Of a stretch of DNA of 64,000 nucleotides, positions 20,108 through 29,497 are shown piece by piece. The DNA lies in the IMG/VR virus record IMGVR_UViG_3300042914_002215; one strand, 5' to 3'. The translations under genes were made by a program, and so were the position numbers. The DNA comes from a virus. Position 1 is the first letter of the stretch. Each line of letters opens with the position of its first letter. The notes under the pieces were generated by a model that was not told the DNA's origin, did not search any database, and saw only the letters and a program-made list of their open reading frames with translations.

Positions 20108-21049
20108 ATGGGACAATGGCGTGTATTAGTAACTGGTGGTGCTGGTTACATTGGTAGCATTCTTGTTGAATATCTTTTACAGATGGGTTGTTTAGTAACT
20201 GTAATTGATAACTTCATGTTCGGACAAACAAGTCTGAATCACTTGTGTGACAATAAAAATCTAAAGATTGTGAACGGTGACATTCGTAATCCATCACACA
20301 TGGCACCTCTACTAAAAGAAGCAGACATAGTTATACCTCTTGCTGCATTAGTGGGTGCACCACTGTGTAATAAAGATGTTGTTGGTGCAGACACGACAAA
20401 TAAAGATGCGATGTTCTGGATGCTGAATGCTGTATCTAAAAAACAACGCATTATTATGCCTACAACTAACTCAGCATATGGCACTGGCGATGAGAACAAC
20501 TTCTGTACAGAGGAATCACCACTGCGTCCAATCTCTAAGTATGCGATTGATAAAGTAGCAGTTGAAGAAAGATTGATGGAACGTGAGAACTCTATCAGTT
20601 ATAGACTAGCAACTGTGTTTGGTATGTCACCACGTATGCGTACTGACTTGTTAGTAAATGATTTGACATATCGTGCAGTCAATGATGGTTATGTTGTTAT
20701 CTTTGAAGGTCATTTCAAACGTAATTATATTCATGTACGTGATGTTTGTGAAGCATTCTTACATGCAATCTATCAGTTTGAAGAAATGAAAAGCAACATC
20801 TATAATGTAGGATTGTCATCTGCAAATGTATCTAAGTTGGAACTATGTGAGATTATCAAAAAACATGTGCCAAACTTTACGATTGTAGAAGGTGATATCA
20901 AGAAAGATCCAGATCAAAGAAACTACATTGTATCTAATGAGAAGTTGGAAGCAACTGGTTGGTATCCTTATCACACATTAGATGATGGCGTTGAAGAACT
21001 AATCAAAGGTTATCAGTATCTCAAAAACAATAAACACGGTAACGTATGA
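20108..21049 (+). CDS. NAD-dependent sugar epimerase/dehydratase/reductase
   Basis: TGGAGYIGS, YAIDK (YxxxK), RLATVFG, RNYIHVRD. Confidence 0.9.
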   Translation: MGQWRVLVTGGAGYIGSILVEYLLQMGCLVTVIDNFMFGQTSLNHLCDNKNLKIVNGDIRNPSHMAPLLKEADIVIPLAALVGAPLCNKDVVGADTTNKDAMFWMLNAVSKKQRIIMPTTNSAYGTGDENNFCTEESPLRPISKYAIDKVAVEERLMERENSISYRLATVFGMSPRMRTDLLVNDLTYRAVNDGYVVIFEGHFKRNYIHVRDVCEAFLHAIYQFEEMKSNIYNVGLSSANVSKLELCEIIKKHVPNFTIVEGDIKKDPDQRNYIVSNEKLEATGWYPYHTLDDGVEELIKGYQYLKNNKHGNV

Positions 21050-21585
21050 GCACAAACAACCATTATGTAAACAATGCTGACTTTCTTGCAGCACTCATCA
21101 AGTACCGTGATGAATGTGAACATGCAAAGAAAAACAGCACACAAGAACCAAAGATACCAGACTACATTGGTGAATGCTTTCTAAAGATTGCAGAACATCT
21201 ATCACGTAAGCCAAACTTTATTTCATACACATATCGTGATGAGATGATATCGGATGGTGTAGAAAACTGTCTGATGTATTTCCGTAACTTTGATCCTGCT
21301 AAGTCTAAGAATCCATTTGCTTACTTCACACAGATAATTTATTATGCCTTTCTGCGTAGAATTATGCGTGAGAAGAAGCAACTGTATGTAAAGTATAAGG
21401 CAACACAACAGTTTGGTTTGTTAGATGAAGGCGAAATGTACGAAGATGAAAACGGCAACATGAAACAGTTTGAGTTGTACGACAATATCTCCGAGTTCAT
21501 TCATAACTTTGAAGAAAACAAAAAGAAAAAGAAGGTAAAGAAGTTAGTTGGACTTGACAACTTTCTTGATGATGATATAATCTAA
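21046..21585 (+). CDS. gp55: Late transcription sigma factor
   Basis: HYVNNADF, YIGECFLKIA, NPFAYFTQIIYYAFLRRI. Confidence 0.96.
   Translation: MSTNNHYVNNADFLAALIKYRDECEHAKKNSTQEPKIPDYIGECFLKIAEHLSRKPNFISYTYRDEMISDGVENCLMYFRNFDPAKSKNPFAYFTQIIYYAFLRRIMREKKQLYVKYKATQQFGLLDEGEMYEDENGNMKQFELYDNISEFIHNFEENKKKKKVKKLVGLDNFLDDDII
21554..21581 (+). promoter_or_regulatory. Sigma70-type promoter for gp47 within the end of gp55
   Basis: TTGACA-16 nt-TATAAT with TG extension. Confidence 0.7.
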
Positions 21586-21587
21586 GT

Positions 21588-22658
21588 ATGAAACTATGCA
21601 TACTTGGTGACACGCATTTTGGAATGCGTAACGACTCTTTGGAATTTCATAAATATATTGAGAAGTTCTACGAGAACACTTTCTTTCCATATCTAAAAGA
21701 AAATGGTATTACAACCGTTGTACAACTTGGCGATCTATTCGACCGCCGTAAGTTTATTAACTTCAATTCACTCTATTTGTGTCGTAAATACTTCTTTGAT
21801 AAACTTAGAGAAAATGACATCAAGTTCATTACGCTTCTTGGCAACCACGATGTCGCATACAAGAATACGTTAGAGGTAAACTCATCTCAACTGTTACTAA
21901 ACGAATATGATAATATTACTATATACGATTCTTTTAGTACAGTTAATTTTGACGGTATTGATGTTGACATTGTACCTTGGTTATGTGACGACAACGAAAG
22001 TGAAATCCTTTCTCAAATAAAATCTTCCAAATCACAAATCTGTTTCGGTCACTTTGAAATAGAAGGCTTTGAGATGCAAGCGGGCATCATGCAACAAGAA
22101 GGTCTAGACCGCAGCAAATTAAAAAAATATGATGTAGTTCTCACTGGACATTTTCATCACAAGTCAACAGATGGTTCAATTACATACGTAGGCACACCGT
22201 ATGAAATGTTCTGGTCTGACTACAATGATCCACGTGGATTTCATATCTTTGATACTGATACACGTGAGTTAGAGTTCGTACAAAATCCATATAGAATGTT
22301 TTATAAGTTGAATTACAAAGATGATCTGGAGCACTTTGCAGAAAACTATCGGACATTTGATTATTCAATCTATAAAGATTCATATGTCAAAGTAGTAGTA
22401 TTGATAAAACAAAATCCATTTCTGTTTGATGTAGTAATTGATAATCTATACAAAGCTGGAGTTGCAGATGTAACTATTGTAGAAGATTTTACCGAAGTAG
22501 AAAATAATAACGATGAAGAATTGGTAGATCGTGCTGAAGATACCATGACAATTCTTTCCAAATATATTGATAACTTGACACTCAATGTGGAATCTGATAA
22601 ACTAAAGAACATTATGCAAGAACTTTATGTAGAAGCATTAAGTACCGAAACTGAATGA
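21588..22658 (+). CDS. gp47: Recombination nuclease, Mre11/SbcD-like
   Basis: GDTHFG, GDLFDRRK, GNHD, GHFH. Confidence 0.95.
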   Translation: MKLCILGDTHFGMRNDSLEFHKYIEKFYENTFFPYLKENGITTVVQLGDLFDRRKFINFNSLYLCRKYFFDKLRENDIKFITLLGNHDVAYKNTLEVNSSQLLLNEYDNITIYDSFSTVNFDGIDVDIVPWLCDDNESEILSQIKSSKSQICFGHFEIEGFEMQAGIMQQEGLDRSKLKKYDVVLTGHFHHKSTDGSITYVGTPYEMFWSDYNDPRGFHIFDTDTRELEFVQNPYRMFYKLNYKDDLEHFAENYRTFDYSIYKDSYVKVVVLIKQNPFLFDVVIDNLYKAGVADVTIVEDFTEVENNNDEELVDRAEDTMTILSKYIDNLTLNVESDKLKNIMQELYVEALSTETE

Positions 22659-24364
22659 TATTATTTAAAAGACTACGCTGGAAAAATTTACTCTCAACTG
22701 GCAATCACTTTACTGAGATATTACTAAACGGCAATCCAAACACGCTAATCGTAGGCACAAATGGCTCAGGTAAGTCAACGATGCTTGATGCTTTGTGTTT
22801 TGGTTTGTTTGGCAAGCCGTTTCGTAATATCAACAAGCCCAATCTCCTAAATAGTATTAATGGTAAAGATTGTGTAGTTGAGATTGAGTTTTCTGTTGGC
22901 AATAAAGAATATAAGATTGTTCGTGGTATCAAACCGAATGTGTTTGAGATATACCAAGACGCAGTTTTGCTGAACCAAGATGCGGCTGTAAGAGATTATC
23001 AAGACTACTTAGAGAAGTTCGTTCTCAAACTAAACTACAAGTCTTTCACGCAGATCGTTATTCTTGGTTCAGCATCCTTTACACCGTTCATGCAGTTATC
23101 TGCTGCTGATCGTCGTGCAATCATTGAAGATTTGTTAGACATTCAAATCTTTTCTACAATGAACAGTCTGGTAAAAGAAAGACTGTCAAATAATAAAGAG
23201 TTGACCATAGCCAAGAAGAACGATGTATCACTTCTTGAGCAAAAATATGAACTCAAAAAAGAGCATCAAGATAAACTCAATGAAGATATTGAAGTAAAGG
23301 TAAAAGAATATGAGAAAGAGATACTTCTGCACAGAGAAACAATACGCACCTTATGTGGAGAGATTGACGATCTGGAGCAATCAAAGAAAGCACTTGCCGA
23401 AATCTGTGCGAAAATTCCTGAAAATGAAAAGAAGATTGCTGCGTTTACAAAAGTTGAGTCACAGATTGAGAGCAAAATATCCAAAGTGGGAAATGATAGA
23501 AGTTTCTATGAACACAATGCTGATTGCCCAACCTGTAGGCAAGCCATTACCTTGGAGTTTAAAGAGGGGCAACTCACAGAACTTGCTACAAAAGAACAAG
23601 AACTCAGGAGTGGTCTAACAGAACTACAAACAAAAATAACAGAACAAGAAAATGTTATTGCCGATCTGCGTGAAAAAGAAAAAGAACTGTCTAATGTTCG
23701 TGTTCAAATCGCAACCACAAACACAAGCGTCAAAGGTTTGAATGACACAATCAAGAGACTTGAAAAAGAAATCAAAGAACTAAGAACACCGAAAGTAAAT
23801 AACACAGACACAAACGAATTGGAAACAATTCAAACACAGATAAAAGAATCACAAGAAGAACTAAAGCAGTTGATGATTGATAAAACATATCTTGATGTAG
23901 CATCAACTTTGTTGAAAGATACTGGTATCAAAACCAATATCATCAAACAATATTTGCCTGTGATAAACAAACTGGTAAACAAATATCTTACCAGTATGGA
24001 CTTCTTTGTGAACTTCAATCTTGATGAGTCTTTCAAAGAAACAATCAAGTCACGCCATCGTGATGATTTTAGTTATCACAATTTCTCAGAAGGTGAGAAG
24101 CAGCGTATTGATATGGCATTGATGTTGACATGGAGAGCAGTAGCCAAGTTGAAAAATTCCATAAATACAAACCTACTGATACTGGATGAGGTTTTTGATT
24201 CAAGCCTAGATACCAGTGGCACAGAAGATTTGATGAAGATACTACACACACTTGACAATGTAAATCTGTTTGTCATCAGTCATAAAGGTGACATACTACA
24301 AGATAAGTTTATGAATACAATACGATTTGAGAAAGTCAAAAACTTTTCAAGGATAATGAAATGA
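22655..24364 (+). CDS. gp46: Recombination ATPase, Rad50/SbcC-like
   Basis: GTNGSGKS, CPTC zinc hook, FSEGEK, LILDEVFD. Confidence 0.96.
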   Translation: MILFKRLRWKNLLSTGNHFTEILLNGNPNTLIVGTNGSGKSTMLDALCFGLFGKPFRNINKPNLLNSINGKDCVVEIEFSVGNKEYKIVRGIKPNVFEIYQDAVLLNQDAAVRDYQDYLEKFVLKLNYKSFTQIVILGSASFTPFMQLSAADRRAIIEDLLDIQIFSTMNSLVKERLSNNKELTIAKKNDVSLLEQKYELKKEHQDKLNEDIEVKVKEYEKEILLHRETIRTLCGEIDDLEQSKKALAEICAKIPENEKKIAAFTKVESQIESKISKVGNDRSFYEHNADCPTCRQAITLEFKEGQLTELATKEQELRSGLTELQTKITEQENVIADLREKEKELSNVRVQIATTNTSVKGLNDTIKRLEKEIKELRTPKVNNTDTNELETIQTQIKESQEELKQLMIDKTYLDVASTLLKDTGIKTNIIKQYLPVINKLVNKYLTSMDFFVNFNLDESFKETIKSRHRDDFSYHNFSEGEKQRIDMALMLTWRAVAKLKNSINTNLLILDEVFDSSLDTSGTEDLMKILHTLDNVNLFVISHKGDILQDKFMNTIRFEKVKNFSRIMK

Positions 24365-24954
24365 GTGAAATACTAACAATTGATACCGCTGCTGGCATAC
24401 AACAAGTAGAACAAGTAGAGCCACTACAAGTGTTTGATGATAACTACTTTATGCTTCAGCAAAAAATACCAGAATACACTGGTGGATTTCCAGCACCAGC
24501 AATGGTAAACTTAGCCAAAAGATTGAAGTTGACAATGAAACTTTATTCTGGTCTTGGTCTTGCTGCTAATCAATGTGGTATTGCAGAGCGAATGTTTGTT
24601 ATTGGTACAGATGAGTTTCAAATGGTATGTATCAATCCAAAAGTATTAGATGAAGATGATGAATGGGAAAAAGGTAAAGAAGGATGTCTATCCTCACCCG
24701 GATTGTTTCTGAATATTGAAAGACCGAAGTCAATCAAAGTAGGATTTACCGATGAGTTTGGTGAATACAAAGAAGCAATGTTACAAGGATTATCTGCTCG
24801 TTGTTACCTTCATGAGCTTGACCATCTGAATGGAATCAAGTATACTAGCTATGTAAAACCACTTGCACTTAGAATGGCAAAACAGAAAGCAAACAAAATT
24901 GTGAAGAAAATTATTAGGAATCACAAAAATGGAAAACAAAGTTCAAGAATCTAG
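24361..24954 (+). CDS. def: Peptide deformylase
   Basis: GLGLAANQ, EGCLS, HELDH motifs. Confidence 0.93.
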   Translation: MSEILTIDTAAGIQQVEQVEPLQVFDDNYFMLQQKIPEYTGGFPAPAMVNLAKRLKLTMKLYSGLGLAANQCGIAERMFVIGTDEFQMVCINPKVLDEDDEWEKGKEGCLSSPGLFLNIERPKSIKVGFTDEFGEYKEAMLQGLSARCYLHELDHLNGIKYTSYVKPLALRMAKQKANKIVKKIIRNHKNGKQSSRI

Positions 24955-25279
24955 TTCATATGAAAACTGCATGGAGTTGTTGACCGATGAGTATCAACCT
25001 CCAACACTAAGCAGATTTTTTGGTGAAGAAGAAAATGATGAAGATGGTGGTGTAGATACCGAAAATGCCGAATGGAAAAAGCATTGGGTTGGTATGCCAG
25101 AGTTCGTCCAGAACGACAAGAAAACATTCAAGACAATTTATCTACATTTCCGCAATCAAGAAGATTATGATGCATTTGCCAAATTGGTTGATCAGAATCT
25201 CACTATGAAAACAAAGTCTATCTGGTATCCAAAACTAGAGCGTGATGAAAACTCACTCAAGAGATGGATTGAAGAGTGA
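24929..25279 (+). CDS. Hypothetical protein, possible partner of the TAGT-like glycosyltransferase
   Basis: W.GMPEF.Q...HFRNQED...KTKSIWYP; recalled as recurring next to such GTs (unverified). Confidence 0.55.
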   Translation: MENKVQESSSYENCMELLTDEYQPPTLSRFFGEEENDEDGGVDTENAEWKKHWVGMPEFVQNDKKTFKTIYLHFRNQEDYDAFAKLVDQNLTMKTKSIWYPKLERDENSLKRWIEE

Positions 25280-25280
25280 A

Positions 25281-26072
25281 ATGGATTTTCTGAAAGAAAA
25301 GCCTCAGGTTCTGTTTGAATATTTTCTACAAGACTATGGCAGTTTATTTGATATAGACGCTGAAGAGTGTAGAGCACTAAGAAAAACAGATAAGATTTTC
25401 CAAGAACTGTCAATAAAATGGTATGATGATCTGGAACATGAGCATGAAAGAAACATTTATGAGGTGTACAATCACGATTACTATTTTATAGATATCTTCA
25501 ATTGTTTTGTTACCTATAGCAGAGATTATATCAAACGTATAATCAAGTCATCACACTTTCAGGAACTCAAAGATGCCAAAGTAATCGTTGACATCGGTTG
25601 TGGAATAAGTTATAGTACATGCTTACTGAAGCAAATATTTCCTGAAGCAAAAGTCTATGCCATAAATCTCAAAGGCACCAAACAATGGAAGTTATGTGAG
25701 ATAATGGCGCAAAGATTTGATTTCAATCTTGTTGAATCTATTCATGACATTGAAGAATCGGTTGATATTCTATGGGCTTCAGAATACTTTGAGCACATTT
25801 ATAATCCAATTGAACATGTTGATGATATAATTAAAACACTGAATCCAAAACATATGATTGTAGCAAACTCATTCAACACATGGGGAATGGGACACTTTAC
25901 AAAGTATGATGTCTATGGTACAATAGTAAGTCAAGACAAAGTTAGTAAAATGTTCAATCAACATTTGATGGCAAAACAATATGAGAATGTCAAATGTGGA
26001 ATATGGAATAACAAACCTATAGTATGGAAAAGAAATGACCAATCCAACACATCCAGTTTATATCGTTTCTAA
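25281..26072 (+). CDS. Class I SAM-dependent methyltransferase
   Basis: IVDIGCG motif I; SEYFEHI. Confidence 0.75.
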   Translation: MDFLKEKPQVLFEYFLQDYGSLFDIDAEECRALRKTDKIFQELSIKWYDDLEHEHERNIYEVYNHDYYFIDIFNCFVTYSRDYIKRIIKSSHFQELKDAKVIVDIGCGISYSTCLLKQIFPEAKVYAINLKGTKQWKLCEIMAQRFDFNLVESIHDIEESVDILWASEYFEHIYNPIEHVDDIIKTLNPKHMIVANSFNTWGMGHFTKYDVYGTIVSQDKVSKMFNQHLMAKQYENVKCGIWNNKPIVWKRNDQSNTSSLYRF

Positions 26073-26931
26073 AGGTCGTTCAGACACAATGATCACCTCA
26101 CGATCATTGTCACGCATGAGAGTACCACACTACATTGTAATTGAACCACAAGATAAAAAGCCATATGAGGATGCACTTGATAAGTTCGGCATTCGTGACT
26201 ATGTAACATTGATTGTCGCACCGTTCAGTAATCATGGTGATGGTCCTGGTCGTGCAAGGAACTTTGCATGGGATCATTCTATCTCTATCGGTGCAGAGAA
26301 ACATTGGGTGCTTGATGATAATATCGCAGACTTCTACCGCTTGCATAACAACTATCGTATTCGTGTAGAGTCTGGCTGCATCTTCAAAGCAGCAGAAGAT
26401 TTCATTGATAGATTTGAAAATGTGCCAATCTCTGGCTTTCAGTATCGTTTCTTCATTGCACCAAATCAAAGTTATCCACCATATGTAAAGAATACACGAA
26501 TCTATTCTACACTATTGATTGATAATAATTGCAAGCACCGTTGGCGTGGTAGATATAATGAAGATACTGATATCTGTCTGCGTGTATTGAAAGATGGTGA
26601 CTGCACCATTCAATTTAATGCATTTCTTCAAGGCAAAGCAGCGACACAAACTGTCAAGGGTGGTAATACAGAAGAGTTCTATCACAAAGAAGGTGTTGAA
26701 AAGAATCATTGGGTAGATGGTGTCAATGCTGAAGGTACCAGAAACAAATCAGAAATGCTGGTACGTATGCATCCAGATGTAGCACGAATGGTATGGAGAT
26801 ACAAACGCTGGCATCATTATGTTGATTATTCACCGTTCAAGAAGAATGAACTGCGTTATAAAAAGAACATCACAATACCAACTGGTACAAATGAATATGG
26901 TATGAAATTGGTAACTAATTTCAAGTCTTGA
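26035..26931 (+). CDS. TET-associated/GREB1-like glycosyltransferase (putative DNA base glycosyltransferase)
   Basis: YIVSKGR, ARNFAWDH, WVLDDNI, NTRIYS, GRYNEDTD, KGGNT. Confidence 0.75.
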   Translation: MTNPTHPVYIVSKGRSDTMITSRSLSRMRVPHYIVIEPQDKKPYEDALDKFGIRDYVTLIVAPFSNHGDGPGRARNFAWDHSISIGAEKHWVLDDNIADFYRLHNNYRIRVESGCIFKAAEDFIDRFENVPISGFQYRFFIAPNQSYPPYVKNTRIYSTLLIDNNCKHRWRGRYNEDTDICLRVLKDGDCTIQFNAFLQGKAATQTVKGGNTEEFYHKEGVEKNHWVDGVNAEGTRNKSEMLVRMHPDVARMVWRYKRWHHYVDYSPFKKNELRYKKNITIPTGTNEYGMKLVTNFKS

Positions 26932-26956
26932 CAATTGCGTCCATCTCTGTTATTAT
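26928..26956 (+). promoter_or_regulatory. Sigma70-type early promoter
   Basis: TTGACA-17 nt-TATTAT. Confidence 0.75.
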
Positions 26957-26985
26957 TACCATATAGTGATTAACAGGAGATGATG

Positions 26986-27144
26986 ATGTCAGAATTACAA
27001 GACTTTGTTGACGAAAATGAAACAAATTACCAATTTGCTTTGCTTGATGTCAAAAATGCAATAGATACATATGGCATTGAAATAGTGTTTGAAGCACTAG
27101 ACTTGACAAATATCGTCATGCTTGATACAATGTATGTTCAGTAA
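26986..27144 (+). CDS. Small acidic hypothetical protein (52 aa, not in ORF track)
   Basis: AGGAG SD then MSELQDFVDENETNYQFALLDVKNAIDTYG... Confidence 0.6.
   Translation: MSELQDFVDENETNYQFALLDVKNAIDTYGIEIVFEALDLTNIVMLDTMYVQ
27103..27131 (+). promoter_or_regulatory. Sigma70-type early promoter
   Basis: TTGACA-17 nt-TACAAT upstream of the vWA gene. Confidence 0.7.
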
Positions 27145-27160
27145 TTGATAGGAATATCAA

Positions 27161-29422
27161 ATGAGCAACATTCAAAATCAAAAATCTGGTCTTGCCAAAC
27201 TGATGGCGACCGAGAATCTCACAGTTCAACATGCTAAAACAAATACAGCATCGTTTGATCCCAAAAATCGTATTCTAACTTGCCCAATCTGGTCAGAAAT
27301 GTCTGGCGATCTTTATGACTTGCTGATGGGTCATGAAGTTGGTCACGCTATTGATACACCTGCTGATGGTTGGCACGGTGCAGTACATGATCGTGGTGCA
27401 AATTACAAAGGCTTTCTCAATGTGGTTGAAGATGCACGTATTGAGAAACGCCAGAAACGCCGTTATCCCGGTCTGCGTCGATCATTCATCAACGGCTTCA
27501 ATGAGTTGATGAAGCGTGACTTCTTTGGTATCGGTGATCGTGAAGTCAATACATTCCCATTCATTGATCGTTTGAACATGTATACCAAATCTGGTTATAC
27601 AATGCAGATTGCATTCAATGCAAAAGAACAGGACTTTGTTGACCGTGTTCAAGCCTGCGAAACTTGGGAAGATGTTCTCAAAGTTACAGATGAGATTTGG
27701 GATTACTCTAAACAAGAACAATCACAAACCAACATGCCGCAAGATAGTTTCGGCTTCAGTGATGAAGATGCTGATGGTCAACAAGAAACTGGTGCCAATG
27801 AGGGTGATGCTGAGACTCAAGCAAAAGGTAACAATGAGTCTAAGGCAAGTGATAAGGGTGATGGTGGTGATCAAGAAAAAGAATCACAATCATCAAGTGG
27901 CGATGCACAAGAAAATGGCGACAATGAAGATGGTGAAGATGGTGATGCCATCAACCGTTTCAAAGAATCACAGAATACACGTGATGATGTTGAGCCACGG
28001 TGTGAGACTGATGAAAACTTCCGTCGCAACGAATCTTCTTTGATTGACAAGAAAGCACGTGAGTATGTGTATGTCAACATACCACAAGCCAATCTGAAGA
28101 AAATTATCACGCCAGCAAAACGTGTACAAGAACTTCTGACCGCTGAGTTTTCCGACCAGCGTAAAGACTATGAAACAGTTGCTAACAATTTGTACAATGA
28201 GTTCCGTCGTAAAAACGAACGATTCATTTCTCTGTTGGCAAAAGAGTTTGAGATGCGTAAAGCGGCTGATAAGTTTGCGAAAGCAAAAACATCGGACACT
28301 GGTGATATTGACGTTAGCCGTATCTTCAAATATCAGATTGATGATGCTATCTTCAAAAAAGTCATGCGTGTACCGAAAGGTAAATCACATGGCTTAATTC
28401 TGTTACTTGATAAGTCTGGCTCAATGTTTGAGAATCTGGCGGCATCATATGAACAGATTTTGATACTGGCTATGTTCTGCCGTAAAGTAAATATTCCTTT
28501 TACTGCCTACGGCTTCGGCAATTCTGAGGGCGTTCGTGACATTGATTTTCCCAATGGCCGAACTGATGAATACTCATATGAATGTTTTAGTAAATCATAC
28601 AAAGATATGGCTTTGTCGGATGTCTTTCTGCGTGAGATGATCAATTCTAAAATGAGTAACTCAGAATTTTCAAAAGCAGTAAAAAATATTCTTTGTCTCA
28701 AAGATTCGTACTCAGGTCGTAACAGATATTCATATCATGGTACAAACTTCTATCGTCCACAATCCGATAGTTTGTCTAACACACCATTGTCTGAGGCATT
28801 GGTTGCTTGTCAACCATTGATCAATGAGTTCCGTCAAGTGAACAATCTTGATATCGTGAATCTGTGTGTGGTACATGATGGTGATGCTGATGAAGTTCGT
28901 AATTATTACGATTCAACTCAACGCCGTGAATTCTTTGGTCCCAGGTATCAAAATGTTTTTCTTGTAGATAAGAAAAATAAAGTACAACAAGAAGTGCCCG
29001 CTATTGAAGATGGTGTACGAATTGCTGTGGCTAAATGGTTGTCTAAGACAACTGGTGTAAAGATTATTGGTTTCTATCTTGCACCACACAGTCAAGTCAA
29101 GGGTGCACTACGCCGTCGTTTGTATAATGATGAAATTAACCCGTTGCGTGATGATGCAAACAAACGGTATGAATTGTTTGATGTGATGAGTAAATACCAA
29201 AAGATACTAAAGAAAGAAAAGTATCTTGAATCAAAGAATGATGGTTATGAATCATTCTTTATTCTACCTGGCGGTAATGAACTCGGTGTTGATGATGAAG
29301 AATTTGAAGCACCAGAAAAAGTTACTACGGCATCTTTGACTAAAGCGTTTTCTAAGTACACCAAGAATCGCCAAGTCAACCGTGTGTTGGTATCACGTTT
29401 CATCGGTATGATAGCAGTTTGA
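27161..29422 (+). CDS. Metallopeptidase-like plus vWA domain protein (CobT-like partner of MoxR ATPase)
   Basis: HEVGH, NVVEDARIE, acidic linker, LLLDKSGSM MIDAS, HDGD. Confidence 0.85.
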   Translation: MSNIQNQKSGLAKLMATENLTVQHAKTNTASFDPKNRILTCPIWSEMSGDLYDLLMGHEVGHAIDTPADGWHGAVHDRGANYKGFLNVVEDARIEKRQKRRYPGLRRSFINGFNELMKRDFFGIGDREVNTFPFIDRLNMYTKSGYTMQIAFNAKEQDFVDRVQACETWEDVLKVTDEIWDYSKQEQSQTNMPQDSFGFSDEDADGQQETGANEGDAETQAKGNNESKASDKGDGGDQEKESQSSSGDAQENGDNEDGEDGDAINRFKESQNTRDDVEPRCETDENFRRNESSLIDKKAREYVYVNIPQANLKKIITPAKRVQELLTAEFSDQRKDYETVANNLYNEFRRKNERFISLLAKEFEMRKAADKFAKAKTSDTGDIDVSRIFKYQIDDAIFKKVMRVPKGKSHGLILLLDKSGSMFENLAASYEQILILAMFCRKVNIPFTAYGFGNSEGVRDIDFPNGRTDEYSYECFSKSYKDMALSDVFLREMINSKMSNSEFSKAVKNILCLKDSYSGRNRYSYHGTNFYRPQSDSLSNTPLSEALVACQPLINEFRQVNNLDIVNLCVVHDGDADEVRNYYDSTQRREFFGPRYQNVFLVDKKNKVQQEVPAIEDGVRIAVAKWLSKTTGVKIIGFYLAPHSQVKGALRRRLYNDEINPLRDDANKRYELFDVMSKYQKILKKEKYLESKNDGYESFFILPGGNELGVDDEEFEAPEKVTTASLTKAFSKYTKNRQVNRVLVSRFIGMIAV

Positions 29423-29428
29423 TAATGG

Positions 29429-29465
29429 ACCACTACTTGACAAAGTGGTGGTTCTCTTTTATAAT
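29429..29465 (+). promoter_or_regulatory. Overlapping terminator-like hairpin and sigma70 promoter
   Basis: ACCACTACTT-GACA-AAGTGGTGGT hairpin plus T-rich tail; TTGACA(29437)-17-TATAAT(29460). Confidence 0.8.
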
Positions 29466-29497
29466 GATAGTTCCTACAGTGATGGAGAATTTATATT

